This document shows positions 52,205-62,602 of a DNA stretch of 64,000 nt, in pieces. Every line of letters begins with the position of its first letter. Position 1 is the first letter of the stretch. Position numbers and translations under genes: made by a program. The stretch comes from Clostridia bacterium (lineage in GTDB: Bacteria > Bacillota > Clostridia > Oscillospirales > CAG-272), in the NCBI GenBank assembly GCA_017625065.1, contig JAGALS010000075.1, positions 3,659 to 67,658 on the forward strand, given 5' to 3'. The notes below the pieces were generated by a model. It was not told the origin of the DNA and did not search any database. It worked only from the letters and a program-made list of their open reading frames with translations.

Positions 52205-53653
52205 TCACTCGCCCGTGTAGTTGTAGGTGATGGTGTAATTGCCGGTGTTAGAGTTCCAATAAGAGCCCTTGCTAATCGCCTTCCACTGCGCCTCGGTGCC
52301 GCGGTATTTGATCGACGTGAGCCCGCTGCAACCAGAGAACGCAGAAGAGCCGATGTTTGTCACACTATTCGGGATCGTAATCGACGTGAACCCGCTGCAA
52401 CCAGAGAACGCAGAAGAGCCGATGTTTGTCACACTATTCGGGATCGTAATCGACGTGAGCCCGCTGCAACCAAAGAACGCAGAAGCGCCGATGCTCGTCA
52501 CACTATTCGGGATCGTAATCGACGTGAGCCCGCTGCAACCAGAGAACGCAGAAGCGCCGATGCCAACGGTGTTTTCGCGTAATGTAATGGATGTGACACT
52601 TGTATCACAAGCTATCGCCCATTTGTCAACGTAAGACACACCATTTTCCTTTTGAACAATGCCATTGCAACCTGAGAACGCCCCATAGCCGATGCTCGCG
52701 ACGCTATTCGGAATCGTGATCGACGCAAGTTCGCTGCAATTTTTGAACACAGAAGCGCCGATGGAGGTCAGCTTGCTGCCCTCGGCAAAGATTACGGTTT
52801 TAAGTCCGCCGCAACTCTCGAACGCAGAAAAGCCGATGCTTGTCACGCTGTTTGGGATTGTGATCGACGTGAGGCCGTCACAACCGTAGAACGCATTAGC
52901 GCCAATGCTCGTCACGCTATTCGGGATCGTGATCGACGCAAGTTCGCTGCAATTTTCGAACACAGAAGCGCCGATGGAGGTCAGCTTGCTGCCCTCGGCA
53001 AAGATTACGGTTTTAAGTCCGCTACAACCAGAGAACGCATAAGAGCCGATGCTCGTCACGCTATTCGGGATCGTGATCGAGGTGAGTCCGCTGCAATTGT
53101 AGAACGCCTTATCACCGATGCTCGTCACGCTACTGGGGATCGTGATCGACGTCAGGCCACTGCAATTTTCAAACACAGAAGAACTGATAGAAGTGACGGT
53201 GGAACCCATATATTTCGACGGGAGGATCACCTCTGCGGCGTTGCCTGTATAGTCGGTAACGGTACAAGTATAGTTTTTTAAAACAAATACCACGCCCTTG
53301 TCCTTGTAATCAAGACAACGCGTACAAGTGTTTTCGGCATCGTAGGTGTGGGCAGCGGGAATGGTCTCGATTTCGCTTGCTGGGCATCCCGAACAAACGC
53401 GACGATGGCTTCCTTCTGTTGTGCAGGTAGGCGTAACAGTTATGCTCCACTCGCCCCAAGTGTGCGTGTGTACAGGCGATGCGACATCAACACCGTCGGT
53501 ATAGCTCTCGCTGCACTTGTCGCAAAGCGAGTTGTCGTCAACGTCACGGTGTTGGCAGATTGTGGATACGTCGCCTTCGTCACAGGACGCAAGCCCGACG
53601 GTCAAAAGCACGCCGAGCAGCAAACAAAACAGGATTGTTAGTAGCTTTTTCAT
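52205..53653 (-). CDS. BspA-type leucine-rich-repeat lipoprotein with a Cys-rich N-terminal module
   Basis: Lipobox MKKLLTILFCLLLGVLLTVGLASC. A Cys-rich region follows (CQHRDVDDNSLCDKC...PTCTTEGSHRRVCSGC...HTYDAENTCTRC). It then has about 14 repeats of the 23-aa unit LTSITIPNSVTSIG..AF.GCSG. Confidence 0.88.
   Translation of the reverse strand: MKKLLTILFCLLLGVLLTVGLASCDEGDVSTICQHRDVDDNSLCDKCSESYTDGVDVASPVHTHTWGEWSITVTPTCTTEGSHRRVCSGCPASEIETIPAAHTYDAENTCTRCLDYKDKGVVFVLKNYTCTVTDYTGNAAEVILPSKYMGSTVTSISSSVFENCSGLTSITIPSSVTSIGDKAFYNCSGLTSITIPNSVTSIGSYAFSGCSGLKTVIFAEGSKLTSIGASVFENCSELASITIPNSVTSIGANAFYGCDGLTSITIPNSVTSIGFSAFESCGGLKTVIFAEGSKLTSIGASVFKNCSELASITIPNSVASIGYGAFSGCNGIVQKENGVSYVDKWAIACDTSVTSITLRENTVGIGASAFSGCSGLTSITIPNSVTSIGASAFFGCSGLTSITIPNSVTNIGSSAFSGCSGFTSITIPNSVTNIGSSAFSGCSGLTSIKYRGTEAQWKAISKGSYWNSNTGNYTITYNYTGE
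52310..53190 (-). repeat. 69-bp (23-aa LRR) in-frame tandem repeats, several nearly identical at the DNA level
   Basis: Units starting at 52313, 52382, 52451 and 52520 differ by only a few bases (CGACGTGA(G/A)CCCGCTGCAACCA(G/A)AGAACGCAGAAG...). Confidence 0.85.
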
Positions 53654-53692
53654 CTTTACTTCCTCCTAAACATAAAACGCTTTAAGTGGCTA

Positions 53693-54355
53693 TCAATGAA
53701 ATTCGGTGACGCCGTCGGCAAGCAGGACGCGGCGGCGCAAGATGCGATAGCTCTCCTTGGTGAGATCGGAGGAAAGGATGCCCGTTTTTGCGCGCAGGGC
53801 GGTGATGAGCAGCTCGGGGTTGAGGTAGTTCCCCTCTCCAGCCGAGAGCACCGCGTGGATGCGGATCGCATCGCCGTCAAGGGTGACGGCGGCGCTGCGG
53901 ATCATGGGCTGAATGTCTGTTTCCTTCTCGCCCGATTTGGTGCGGCGCAGCACCGTGAGGGGTGCTTGCAGCGTATCGGAGATCTTCTCTGCCAGCGCTT
54001 CATCGGCGCGTTCCGTGCGGATGGTATAATCATATTCGGCAAAGGCGACCTCGGCGAATTTGCGCTCGGCGGGATAGACCGCAAGCACGCGCAGCTCGTC
54101 GGTGACCTCCGCGTTAAGCCGTTCCATCATCTCCTCGGCGCTCATTTCGCGCTCAATGCGCACGTCCAGCATCTCACATTCGCTCTCCGAGCCAACGGGC
54201 AGCGGCATACCGAACACCATTTTGATATGGGGGTTAAAGCCCTTTGTGTACCAGAGGGGCAACCCCGCGCGCACCAAAATGCGGCTGAATGTGCGTTGCA
54301 GGTCTAAGTGTGAGATGTATTGCAAATTTCCTGTTTTTTGAAAGCGGATGCGCAT
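53693..54355 (-). CDS. TIGR03936-family radical-SAM-associated protein (DUF2344)
   Basis: MRIRFQKTGNLQYISHLDLQRTFSRILVRAGLPLWYTKGFNPHIKMVFGMPLPVG is the typical family N-terminus. Alternative upstream ATGs at 54376 and 54409 exist; the track's 54526 start overlaps the upstream gene heavily. Confidence 0.8.
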   Translation of the reverse strand: MRIRFQKTGNLQYISHLDLQRTFSRILVRAGLPLWYTKGFNPHIKMVFGMPLPVGSESECEMLDVRIEREMSAEEMMERLNAEVTDELRVLAVYPAERKFAEVAFAEYDYTIRTERADEALAEKISDTLQAPLTVLRRTKSGEKETDIQPMIRSAAVTLDGDAIRIHAVLSAGEGNYLNPELLITALRAKTGILSSDLTKESYRILRRRVLLADGVTEFH

Positions 54356-54398
54356 GGTGCGAGGCGCTTCCAGCATGGGCAGTGTAAATCTTTTTTCG

Positions 54399-56273
54399 TT
54401 ATCCTTCATGTTGACCACGGCACGCCTTGGGGCACGGCGTGCGCTCTCCTCCCAGTCGGTTTGCCCCACAGCCCGAGCATTGCTCGCGGCAGTTCGGGGT
54501 GGTTGCGGCGGCGTATGCCTTTTCACGCTCGCGCTTGAAAAATTCCTTGGTCACGCCGCAATCGATGATGTCCCACGGCAGGATCTCGTCAAGCCCGAAT
54601 TGACGGTTGGCAAAAAAGGCGGGATCGACGTCGGCGCGCGCAAAGACCGAAAGCCACTTATCGTAGTCGAAAAACTCGTCCCACGCGTCAAAGCAAAAGC
54701 CCTCATTGGCGGCGATCTCCAACGCCTTACAAAGCTTGCGGTTACCGCGAGCAAGGACCGCCTCCACGCGGCTGACCTTGGCGTTATGGTGCTGATAGCG
54801 CACCTTGCGGTCGGTGATCTTTTCGCGTAAGAATTCCTGCTTTTCGGCGAGCATTTCCATGGTGTCCTGCGCTTCCCATTGGAAGGGCGTGAAGGGCTTT
54901 GGAATAAAGCACGAAACGCTGACGGTGACCTGCGGCGAGCGTCCCTTCGGGCGATTGGGCGTCTGATAGTACTCGTGCACGACACGGCTTGCAAGCGTGG
55001 CGATGCCCTCGATATCCTCAGAGGTTTCGGTGGGCAGACCGTTCATAAAATAGAGCTTTACGTTGGTCTTGCCACCTTCAAACGCCACACGGGCGGCGTG
55101 CATCAGATCCTCCTCGCACACGTTCTTATTGATGACGTCACGCAATCTCTGTGTGCCCGCCTCGGGCGCGAAGGTCAGCGACGAGGTGCGCACCGACGCG
55201 ATGCGCTCCATCAATTCTTTATTGAAGCTATCCACGCGCAAGGACGGCAGCGACAGACTGACCATATTGCGGTCGGTCCATTCCAGCAAGCTCCTTGTGA
55301 GGGGTTCAAGCTCTGTGTAATCGCTGATCGACAGCGACATCAGCGAGATCTCCTCATAGCCCGAATTGTCGTACAGACACCGCGCCTGCTTATTCAGCAG
55401 ATCGGGCGTTTTTTCACGGACGGGACGGTAGATCATACCCGCCTGACAGAAGCGGCAGCCGCGGATACAGCCGCGATAGACCTCCAGCATAATGCGGTCG
55501 TGCACCGCCTCGATATAGGGCATCACCAGCTTGTCGGGATAATATGCCTTGTCCATATCCGCGATGATGCACTTCTCGACCCGTTCGGGGATATCCTCAA
55601 AACGGCGCGCGATGGCAGAAATGGTGCCGTCCTCGTTGTAGGAAACGTCGTAAAGGGACGGCACGTAGATACCGCGAATGGTGGCCGCCGCCTCGTGCAA
55701 AAAGCCCTGACGGGTATATCTGCCCTCTTCCTTCATACGGATATAGAGCTTGGTGAACTCCACCAAGTTATCCTCGCCCTCACCGATCGAAAAGCAGTCG
55801 AAGAAGTCTGCCATAGGCTCGGGATTGTAGGCGCACGCGCCACCGCCGATCACGATGGGATCGTCCTCTGCGCGCTCGTCGGCGCGCAGAGGCAGCTTCG
55901 CCATTTTCAGCATCGCCAGCACCGTGGTATAGCACATTTCATATCCCAGCGTAAAGCCAAGGATGTCAAATTCGGAAACGGGATCGCCCGATTCGTGCGC
56001 CCAAAGCGGAATATCCAGCTCGCGCATCTTTTGTTGCATATCTACCCAAGGGCAGAACACGCGCTCGCACCAGATGTCGGGCTGCTCGTTCAGCGCACCG
56101 CACAGAATGCGCATACCGAGATTGGACATACCGATCTCATACGTATCGGGGAACGCAAAGGCAAAGCGTGCCTTGACCTCGTCTTTGTTTTTGATGATCG
56201 CCCCGTATTCGCCGCCACAGTAGCGGCCCGGCTTTTCCACCGATTTCAGGACGGAACTGATTTTCGTATTCAT
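54399..56273 (-). CDS. TIGR03960-family B12-binding-domain radical SAM protein
   Basis: The N-terminus VEKPGRYCGGEYG is typical of the family. The radical-SAM cluster motif is RGCIRGCRFCQAG. 624 aa, immediately upstream of its usual TIGR03936 partner. Confidence 0.9.
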   Translation of the reverse strand: MNTKISSVLKSVEKPGRYCGGEYGAIIKNKDEVKARFAFAFPDTYEIGMSNLGMRILCGALNEQPDIWCERVFCPWVDMQQKMRELDIPLWAHESGDPVSEFDILGFTLGYEMCYTTVLAMLKMAKLPLRADERAEDDPIVIGGGACAYNPEPMADFFDCFSIGEGEDNLVEFTKLYIRMKEEGRYTRQGFLHEAAATIRGIYVPSLYDVSYNEDGTISAIARRFEDIPERVEKCIIADMDKAYYPDKLVMPYIEAVHDRIMLEVYRGCIRGCRFCQAGMIYRPVREKTPDLLNKQARCLYDNSGYEEISLMSLSISDYTELEPLTRSLLEWTDRNMVSLSLPSLRVDSFNKELMERIASVRTSSLTFAPEAGTQRLRDVINKNVCEEDLMHAARVAFEGGKTNVKLYFMNGLPTETSEDIEGIATLASRVVHEYYQTPNRPKGRSPQVTVSVSCFIPKPFTPFQWEAQDTMEMLAEKQEFLREKITDRKVRYQHHNAKVSRVEAVLARGNRKLCKALEIAANEGFCFDAWDEFFDYDKWLSVFARADVDPAFFANRQFGLDEILPWDIIDCGVTKEFFKREREKAYAAATTPNCREQCSGCGANRLGGERTPCPKACRGQHEG

Positions 56274-56303
56274 ATAACCTCTTTTGTAAAATAATGCAAC
56301 GGA

Positions 56304-59300
56304 TCAGGAACGGTCCTCGTCCCTGTCACGCAGATAGAAATAGGAGGTGGCGGCGTGTACACCGCACCAGAACAGCAGATAAAGTGAAACAAGAATAGCA
56401 GGCATCCTGACCGCCCCCGCAAGGAAGGTCAGCACAGCGGCAAGAACAGCTCCGCCTGCGATGGAAAGCACCTGTAAAAGCTTGCCGAGATTTCCCGCAC
56501 GGCGCACGCGACGGCAGGTCACGAAGGTACGTGCCGCCTCACGGCAGGAGCCAAGCGCCACAACGGTGGCGTCCACACGGTCCGTGCGAAGATCGATCTC
56601 ACTCACAGAGGGCTTCATCACCTTAACGGCATCCTTGCGGTCGGGCAAAAGCGATGCAAACAGATCGTCGTGAATGCCCGGGTCCTTACTGCGGATCACG
56701 ATCTGCACGCCCTCTGCCTCAAGCTCAAGCAGCAACGCCTTCATATCATCCGCCAAGCGGTATCTGGCAAGGAAGATCGCCACGATCCGATCCTTGATGG
56801 CAACGCAGATAAGGCGCCTTCCGCGATGCTCGGGCGCATTGGTCCAGCGATCCTGCACCGCAACACCGTGAGACTGCATATACGCGGCGCTGCCAAGCAG
56901 CATCGGTATGCCCTGCTCACTAACGTTGGCGGCAACGCCCTGCTCCGCGATCTCTGTCAAAACGACCTGATCCATACCGATACGATCATTGCGGTCCACG
57001 CTGACCGAATCGCAAAGCGGGCTTTGTATTTTTTCAAGCAGCGCGCGCACAAGGATGCTGACAAGGAAGGGATCCTGCCCATCCATGATCTCAAATCGTT
57101 CGTGATGCATCGCGCCGAACACCTCGGAATCGGGCATAACCAGGGTCGTGGTGTCGTCGCATTGATCGATCGGCTCCTCGCCGATGATCGCACCTTTCTT
57201 TTGCAAACGCAAGCATGCCGCAAGAAACATCGGCAAGGACGTGAGAAAGAGCGACGTCGCGGGTACGCAGAGCAAAAAGGTGACGAAAACGGTTTGCAGC
57301 ATTTGCGTTGCGGTGCCGCCCGTAGCCAAAGCATACAGTCCAAGCGTCACGCCGATCGAGGCGATCAGCAAAAGCTGTGTACCCATAAAACGGATATTGC
57401 CAACCCGCTTTTTGGTATTGGCAAAATAGTTGCGCACAAATCCAACGGGGCGCACATACCACGTCGTGCCCGCCGCATCGCTTTGCATCAGACGGTAACG
57501 TGCATCGCCTTGCTCACCGCCCACAGACACACGGGGGATCAGAGCGTATTTTTGCTTACGTGAGGAAATGACCTGAAATGCAAGCGATTCGCGGTACCAA
57601 TCGAGCAGATCCGCCAACGCCAAAAAGGTCATCGTGATCGCCGCGGGTGATAGATAAAGTGAGGGGGCTGCGCTGTGCGGCAAGAAGATCAGCACCAAAT
57701 GATAGAGCACGGTGGTCAGCAATATGACCGAGCAAAGCGAATAGTCAATGGGTGAAAAGCGTATCAGGCGCATAAAGCCCTTGAAGATGCGCTCGCCCGA
57801 AAAGAATGCCAGAATGACAAGCAGCTGTAAGCCGATCAAGATGTAGGAGGCGGGATATTTTTCCCCGTCGAAGGGACCGCCAAAGAGATTTGCCATCCAA
57901 GCCGTTTGCTCATAGATCCAGATCAGCACCGTCAGCGCCGCGGACAGCGCAAGGCGAAGCACGTGGTCGCGCTTTTGCTTGGTGTATTGCTTACGTAATG
58001 CGGTGTCCTGCCCCTGCAGCTCGTACTCGCGCAGCTCGGCGCCACGGCGACGGCGGCGCTTGATCACAGCCTGACCGTTGACACCCTCCTCGTGATAGGC
58101 GCAGATCTTTTCAAAACCGATGGTTTTACCAAGCTCGTTTTCATAATCCAGGTCCAGCAGAAGTCGAAAATCCTCGTCGGAGGCTTCGATCGAGCGCTTA
58201 AACTCATTTTTGTCGCGTGTGGGATCCGCGCCCGGAGCGCTCGGGTCGGGCACGTCCTTTGTAAACAGTCCAAGCTGCGCCTCGTCGGCGGCAACGGTCT
58301 GCTCCTCGGCGCGAGCTTGGCGCTCGCTTTCCCCTGCGGGGATGGCAAGCGGCTTACCCGTTTCGGGCAGGACCAAGGCGATCTGCCCATCCCGTTCGCG
58401 CGTAATGGTCTCAAAATCGGTCTGCACCTGCGGCTCGATCTTTGCGGGCTTCGGTGTCGACGGCGCCTCGGGCGCGGTCTGCTGTACGGGTTCTTGTGCC
58501 GCGGGTTCATTTTTCTTGATCCTTTGTGTTGCGGCAACAAAAATACTGTCCTTTTTCGGCTTTTGCTGTTCCTTTTGCGTTGACGTCGCTTTTTTATCAG
58601 CAAACCAACCCGAATCCTCGGCGCTGCCGAAGAGATCGTATAACAGATCCTCTACCGTTTCCTCAGCGCGCAGCTCCTCTTCGGTGCGAAGCTGTGACAC
58701 CTGAACAGGAGGTCTTGCACCGACATCCTCATCTGCGCTTTGTACGGGCTTGAAATCGGAAGGCTCCTCCCGATCATAGGAGGCGGCAAAGAGTGTTGAT
58801 CGCTTTTGTGAGAGCGGCACACCATGCGGCTTCGCTTTTTTGACGGGCTCTGTCGGGACAGCAGGCCGTGCGGCTTCGATTGCTTCGGACTTTGCTTCTT
58901 CTGTGACCGCTTTTTCTTCAACGTCCTCTTCAAAAACAGATGCTTGCTCTGCAGTGGGAGCTTCCGTTGCGACAAGGGATTCCTCTGCAACGGGAGATTT
59001 CTCAATAATAGAAGGCTCCGCAACGACAGGCTCCTGCGCGGGTGCTTCCCCGACAGCAGGCTCGACTGCCTCGGCAGCATTTTGCTGCAGCTGTGCAGCG
59101 CGCTTTGCTTTTTTTCTCTTTTTCTTTGATACGTATTGCGTTTTTTGCTGATTTTCGAAAGCAGGCACGGTAGAAGTGCGCTCAGACGTCGCACTCTGCT
59201 TTTCACCGTTCGCCGAGGGCCTATGATCGGAGGGATCGCGATCCTCGTCGATCTTAGCTCGCAGCTGTGTGACCAGCCATTCTGTTTCCTTCCAATCGAT

Positions 59301-59324
59301 ATCCTTATCCTTGTCCTTGTTCAT
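56304..59324 (-). CDS. 1006-aa protein: ~450-aa low-complexity/disordered N-terminus plus a degenerate P1B-type (heavy-metal) P-type-ATPase-like membrane body
   Basis: AAGGAGGG RBS. Residues 1-450 are rich in E, P, A, K and Q. Residues 455-1000 align by eye to the CopA-like layout, for example FSPIDYSLCSVILLTTVLY for the MD.L.alg..aAy helix. CVP replaces CPC, KKGAIIGEEPIDQCDDTTTLVMPDSEVF replaces GILIKGG.ALE......vvFDKTGTLT, VALGSCREA replaces vGDGiNDa, and there is no TGE loop. Confidence 0.7.
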   Translation of the reverse strand: MNKDKDKDIDWKETEWLVTQLRAKIDEDRDPSDHRPSANGEKQSATSERTSTVPAFENQQKTQYVSKKKRKKAKRAAQLQQNAAEAVEPAVGEAPAQEPVVAEPSIIEKSPVAEESLVATEAPTAEQASVFEEDVEEKAVTEEAKSEAIEAARPAVPTEPVKKAKPHGVPLSQKRSTLFAASYDREEPSDFKPVQSADEDVGARPPVQVSQLRTEEELRAEETVEDLLYDLFGSAEDSGWFADKKATSTQKEQQKPKKDSIFVAATQRIKKNEPAAQEPVQQTAPEAPSTPKPAKIEPQVQTDFETITRERDGQIALVLPETGKPLAIPAGESERQARAEEQTVAADEAQLGLFTKDVPDPSAPGADPTRDKNEFKRSIEASDEDFRLLLDLDYENELGKTIGFEKICAYHEEGVNGQAVIKRRRRRGAELREYELQGQDTALRKQYTKQKRDHVLRLALSAALTVLIWIYEQTAWMANLFGGPFDGEKYPASYILIGLQLLVILAFFSGERIFKGFMRLIRFSPIDYSLCSVILLTTVLYHLVLIFLPHSAAPSLYLSPAAITMTFLALADLLDWYRESLAFQVISSRKQKYALIPRVSVGGEQGDARYRLMQSDAAGTTWYVRPVGFVRNYFANTKKRVGNIRFMGTQLLLIASIGVTLGLYALATGGTATQMLQTVFVTFLLCVPATSLFLTSLPMFLAACLRLQKKGAIIGEEPIDQCDDTTTLVMPDSEVFGAMHHERFEIMDGQDPFLVSILVRALLEKIQSPLCDSVSVDRNDRIGMDQVVLTEIAEQGVAANVSEQGIPMLLGSAAYMQSHGVAVQDRWTNAPEHRGRRLICVAIKDRIVAIFLARYRLADDMKALLLELEAEGVQIVIRSKDPGIHDDLFASLLPDRKDAVKVMKPSVSEIDLRTDRVDATVVALGSCREAARTFVTCRRVRRAGNLGKLLQVLSIAGGAVLAAVLTFLAGAVRMPAILVSLYLLFWCGVHAATSYFYLRDRDEDRS

Positions 59325-59357
59325 CGCATTCCCTCCTTTCCTCTCATTTTCATTGCT

Positions 59358-60233
59358 TTATTTCCCTTTTCTTTGCTGATAAGCCGCTTCACACAGCAGC
59401 ACAGCAGAGGCCGTGGAAACGTTAAAGGAATTGACCTTTCCGTACATCGGAATGGAAACGACGAAGTCGCTTTTTTTGCGGACAAGCTCCGACACGCCCG
59501 CGCCCTCGCTGCCCATCACGATGGCAACGGCGCCGGACATATCGGTCTGTCTGAAATCGGTGCCGTCGGCATCGGCGGTATAGATCCAGAGTCCGTTCTT
59601 TTTCAACGTTTCAATGGCGGTGGCAATGTTCGGCACCTTGGCGATCGCCAGATGCTCGATCGCGCCTGCCGAAGCCTTTGTCACCACGGGGGAAAGTCCT
59701 GCCGCGTGTCGCTTTGGAAGGATCAGCCCGTGTGCACCGCACCCTTCCGCACAGCGGATCACAGCACCGAGATTATACGGGTCTGCAATGCCGTCCGCCA
59801 CCACGATCAAAGGCTTTTCGCCGCGCTCGGCGGCAATGGCGAGGATATCTTCGATCTCGCAGTATTCCTTTTCCGCCGCCATAGCGATGATGCCCTGATG
59901 GGGTGCGTGATCTGCGATCATATCCATTTTGCGTTTTTCGGTCTCGACCACGGGGATACCGCGCGCGATCGCCTCGCCCACAAGCGGCACCAACGCTCCC
60001 TCGCGCTCTCCGCTTTGCACCAACATCTTATCGATGGCGCGCCCCGATTTCAACAGCTCGCGCACGGCATTTCTGCCGATCACGGCACCGTTGCCGATCT
60101 TTGTTTCATCACGCTCAGACGCAAAAGAATTCTGATCCTGCTTTTTTTCATAATAACGAGCTTTTTGCTTACCGCCTGCTTGTCCCGCGGAGCGATTCCC
60201 TTTATTTTGATATTCGTTTCTTCTCTTTTCCAT
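59358..60233 (-). CDS. rlmB: 23S rRNA (guanosine2251-2'-O)-methyltransferase RlmB (SpoU/TrmH family)
   Basis: SpoU_sub_bind region (GRNAVRELLKSGR.IDK) and SPOUT motifs (DGIADPYNLGAVIRCAEGCGAHG, GSEGAGVS, IPMYGKVNSFNVS). GGAGG RBS 8 nt before ATG 60233. Confidence 0.88.
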   Translation of the reverse strand: MEKRRNEYQNKGNRSAGQAGGKQKARYYEKKQDQNSFASERDETKIGNGAVIGRNAVRELLKSGRAIDKMLVQSGEREGALVPLVGEAIARGIPVVETEKRKMDMIADHAPHQGIIAMAAEKEYCEIEDILAIAAERGEKPLIVVADGIADPYNLGAVIRCAEGCGAHGLILPKRHAAGLSPVVTKASAGAIEHLAIAKVPNIATAIETLKKNGLWIYTADADGTDFRQTDMSGAVAIVMGSEGAGVSELVRKKSDFVVSIPMYGKVNSFNVSTASAVLLCEAAYQQRKGK

Positions 60234-60405
60234 AGCCAATGCCTCCATACGCGGACACGCGCGAAATTAATATTTAAAATATTATAACATATTTTATCGA
60301 TTTTGCATAGCCCTTTTGCGGATTTTTCAAAAAAGCACAGCTCAAGTCACCTGCGTTTCGGGTGTCTTTTGCATAAAAAGTGCCATAACGGGTATACTTT
60401 TTTAA

Positions 60406-61726
<1,321 letters not shown>

Positions 61727-61728
<2 letters not shown>

Positions 61729-61765
61729 AAAAACAGCCCTCGTTCACGAACGAGGGCTGTTTTTA
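61727..61765. terminator. Bidirectional terminator between eno and nrdR
   Basis: AAAAAA-CAGCCCTCGTTC-AC-GAACGAGGGCTG-TTTTT. Confidence 0.75.
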
Positions 61766-62227
61766 TTCATTTTCTTTTCGGTCGTTACTGTCCTTGAGCT
61801 CCTTGAGCTCGGTCAGGAAGGTATCAAGATCCTTAAATTCGCGGTAAACCGAGGCAAAGCGCACGTATGCCACGTCGTCCCTTTGCTTGAGCTTTAGCAT
61901 GATCATCTCGCCAAGCTGACGGGAGGAGATCTCCTGCACCAGATTGTTTTGCAATTCCGCCTCGATCTCGGCGGCGATCTCCTCGCCGTGGATGGGGCGC
62001 TTCTGGCATGCCTTCATAATGCCCGAAAGCATTTTAGAGCGGTCAAAAAGCTCCTTGCTGCCGTCTTTTTTGACTACAAGGATCTGTACCGATTCCAACA
62101 CCTCAAAGGTGGTAAATCGCTTTTGGCAAGAAAGACATTCGCGACGACGGCGAATGCTGTTTCCCTCTTCAACGGGGCGGGAATCGATCACCTTGCTGTC
62201 AGGGTAACCGCAATTGGGACATTTCAT
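61763..62227 (-). CDS. nrdR: Transcriptional repressor NrdR
   Basis: MKCPNCGYPDSKVIDSRPVEEGNSIRRRRECLSCQKRFTTFE zinc ribbon plus an ATP-cone. ATG 62227 is chosen rather than the track's 62263. Confidence 0.93.
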   Translation of the reverse strand: MKCPNCGYPDSKVIDSRPVEEGNSIRRRRECLSCQKRFTTFEVLESVQILVVKKDGSKELFDRSKMLSGIMKACQKRPIHGEEIAAEIEAELQNNLVQEISSRQLGEMIMLKLKQRDDVAYVRFASVYREFKDLDTFLTELKELKDSNDRKENE

Positions 62228-62326
62228 TGGCTTTTCAGTATGCGCGGGGCAATCCTTCCTCAAGAATAGATACAGTATAGCACAACTTTTTTAATTTGTA
62301 AAGAGCTTGCAAGGAATTTGCCGAAT

Positions 62327-62602
62327 TTATGCTAAAGCATAATCTTGTAAAATATCCTGCACCGTGCAGGGTGTGACCTCCCCTTCCACCAAAAGATCAT
62401 AAAGATGCGCGGCACGGGAAAAGCTTGTACCAATGTCAGACCTGACACAGTCCGCGCCAAGGCGCACCTCGACCAAGAAGTGAGAGCCGCACTCAAAAAG
62501 GCGATAACAGGCTTCACACCCCGCCACAAGCACGTGCCTTTCCCTGATCAGCTTTTCCTCATGCGGCAAGCACTGTGCCGAGGCTTGAATTTGCAAGTCC
62601 AT
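62327..62602 (-). CDS. Hypothetical 91-aa cytoplasmic protein
   Basis: AAGGAG RBS 8 nt upstream of ATG 62602. No TM segment. I do not recognise the family. Confidence 0.5.
   Translation of the reverse strand: MDLQIQASAQCLPHEEKLIRERHVLVAGCEACYRLFECGSHFLVEVRLGADCVRSDIGTSFSRAAHLYDLLVEGEVTPCTVQDILQDYALA

Noticed and set aside
54879-56294. 471-aa plus-strand ORF
   Set aside because: It is antisense to the TIGR03960 radical SAM gene, whose motifs are unambiguous. It has no RBS or recognisable domains.
59136-60287. 383-aa plus-strand ORF
   Set aside because: It is antisense to rlmB and to the 5' end of the 1006-aa gene, so I treat it as a shadow ORF.
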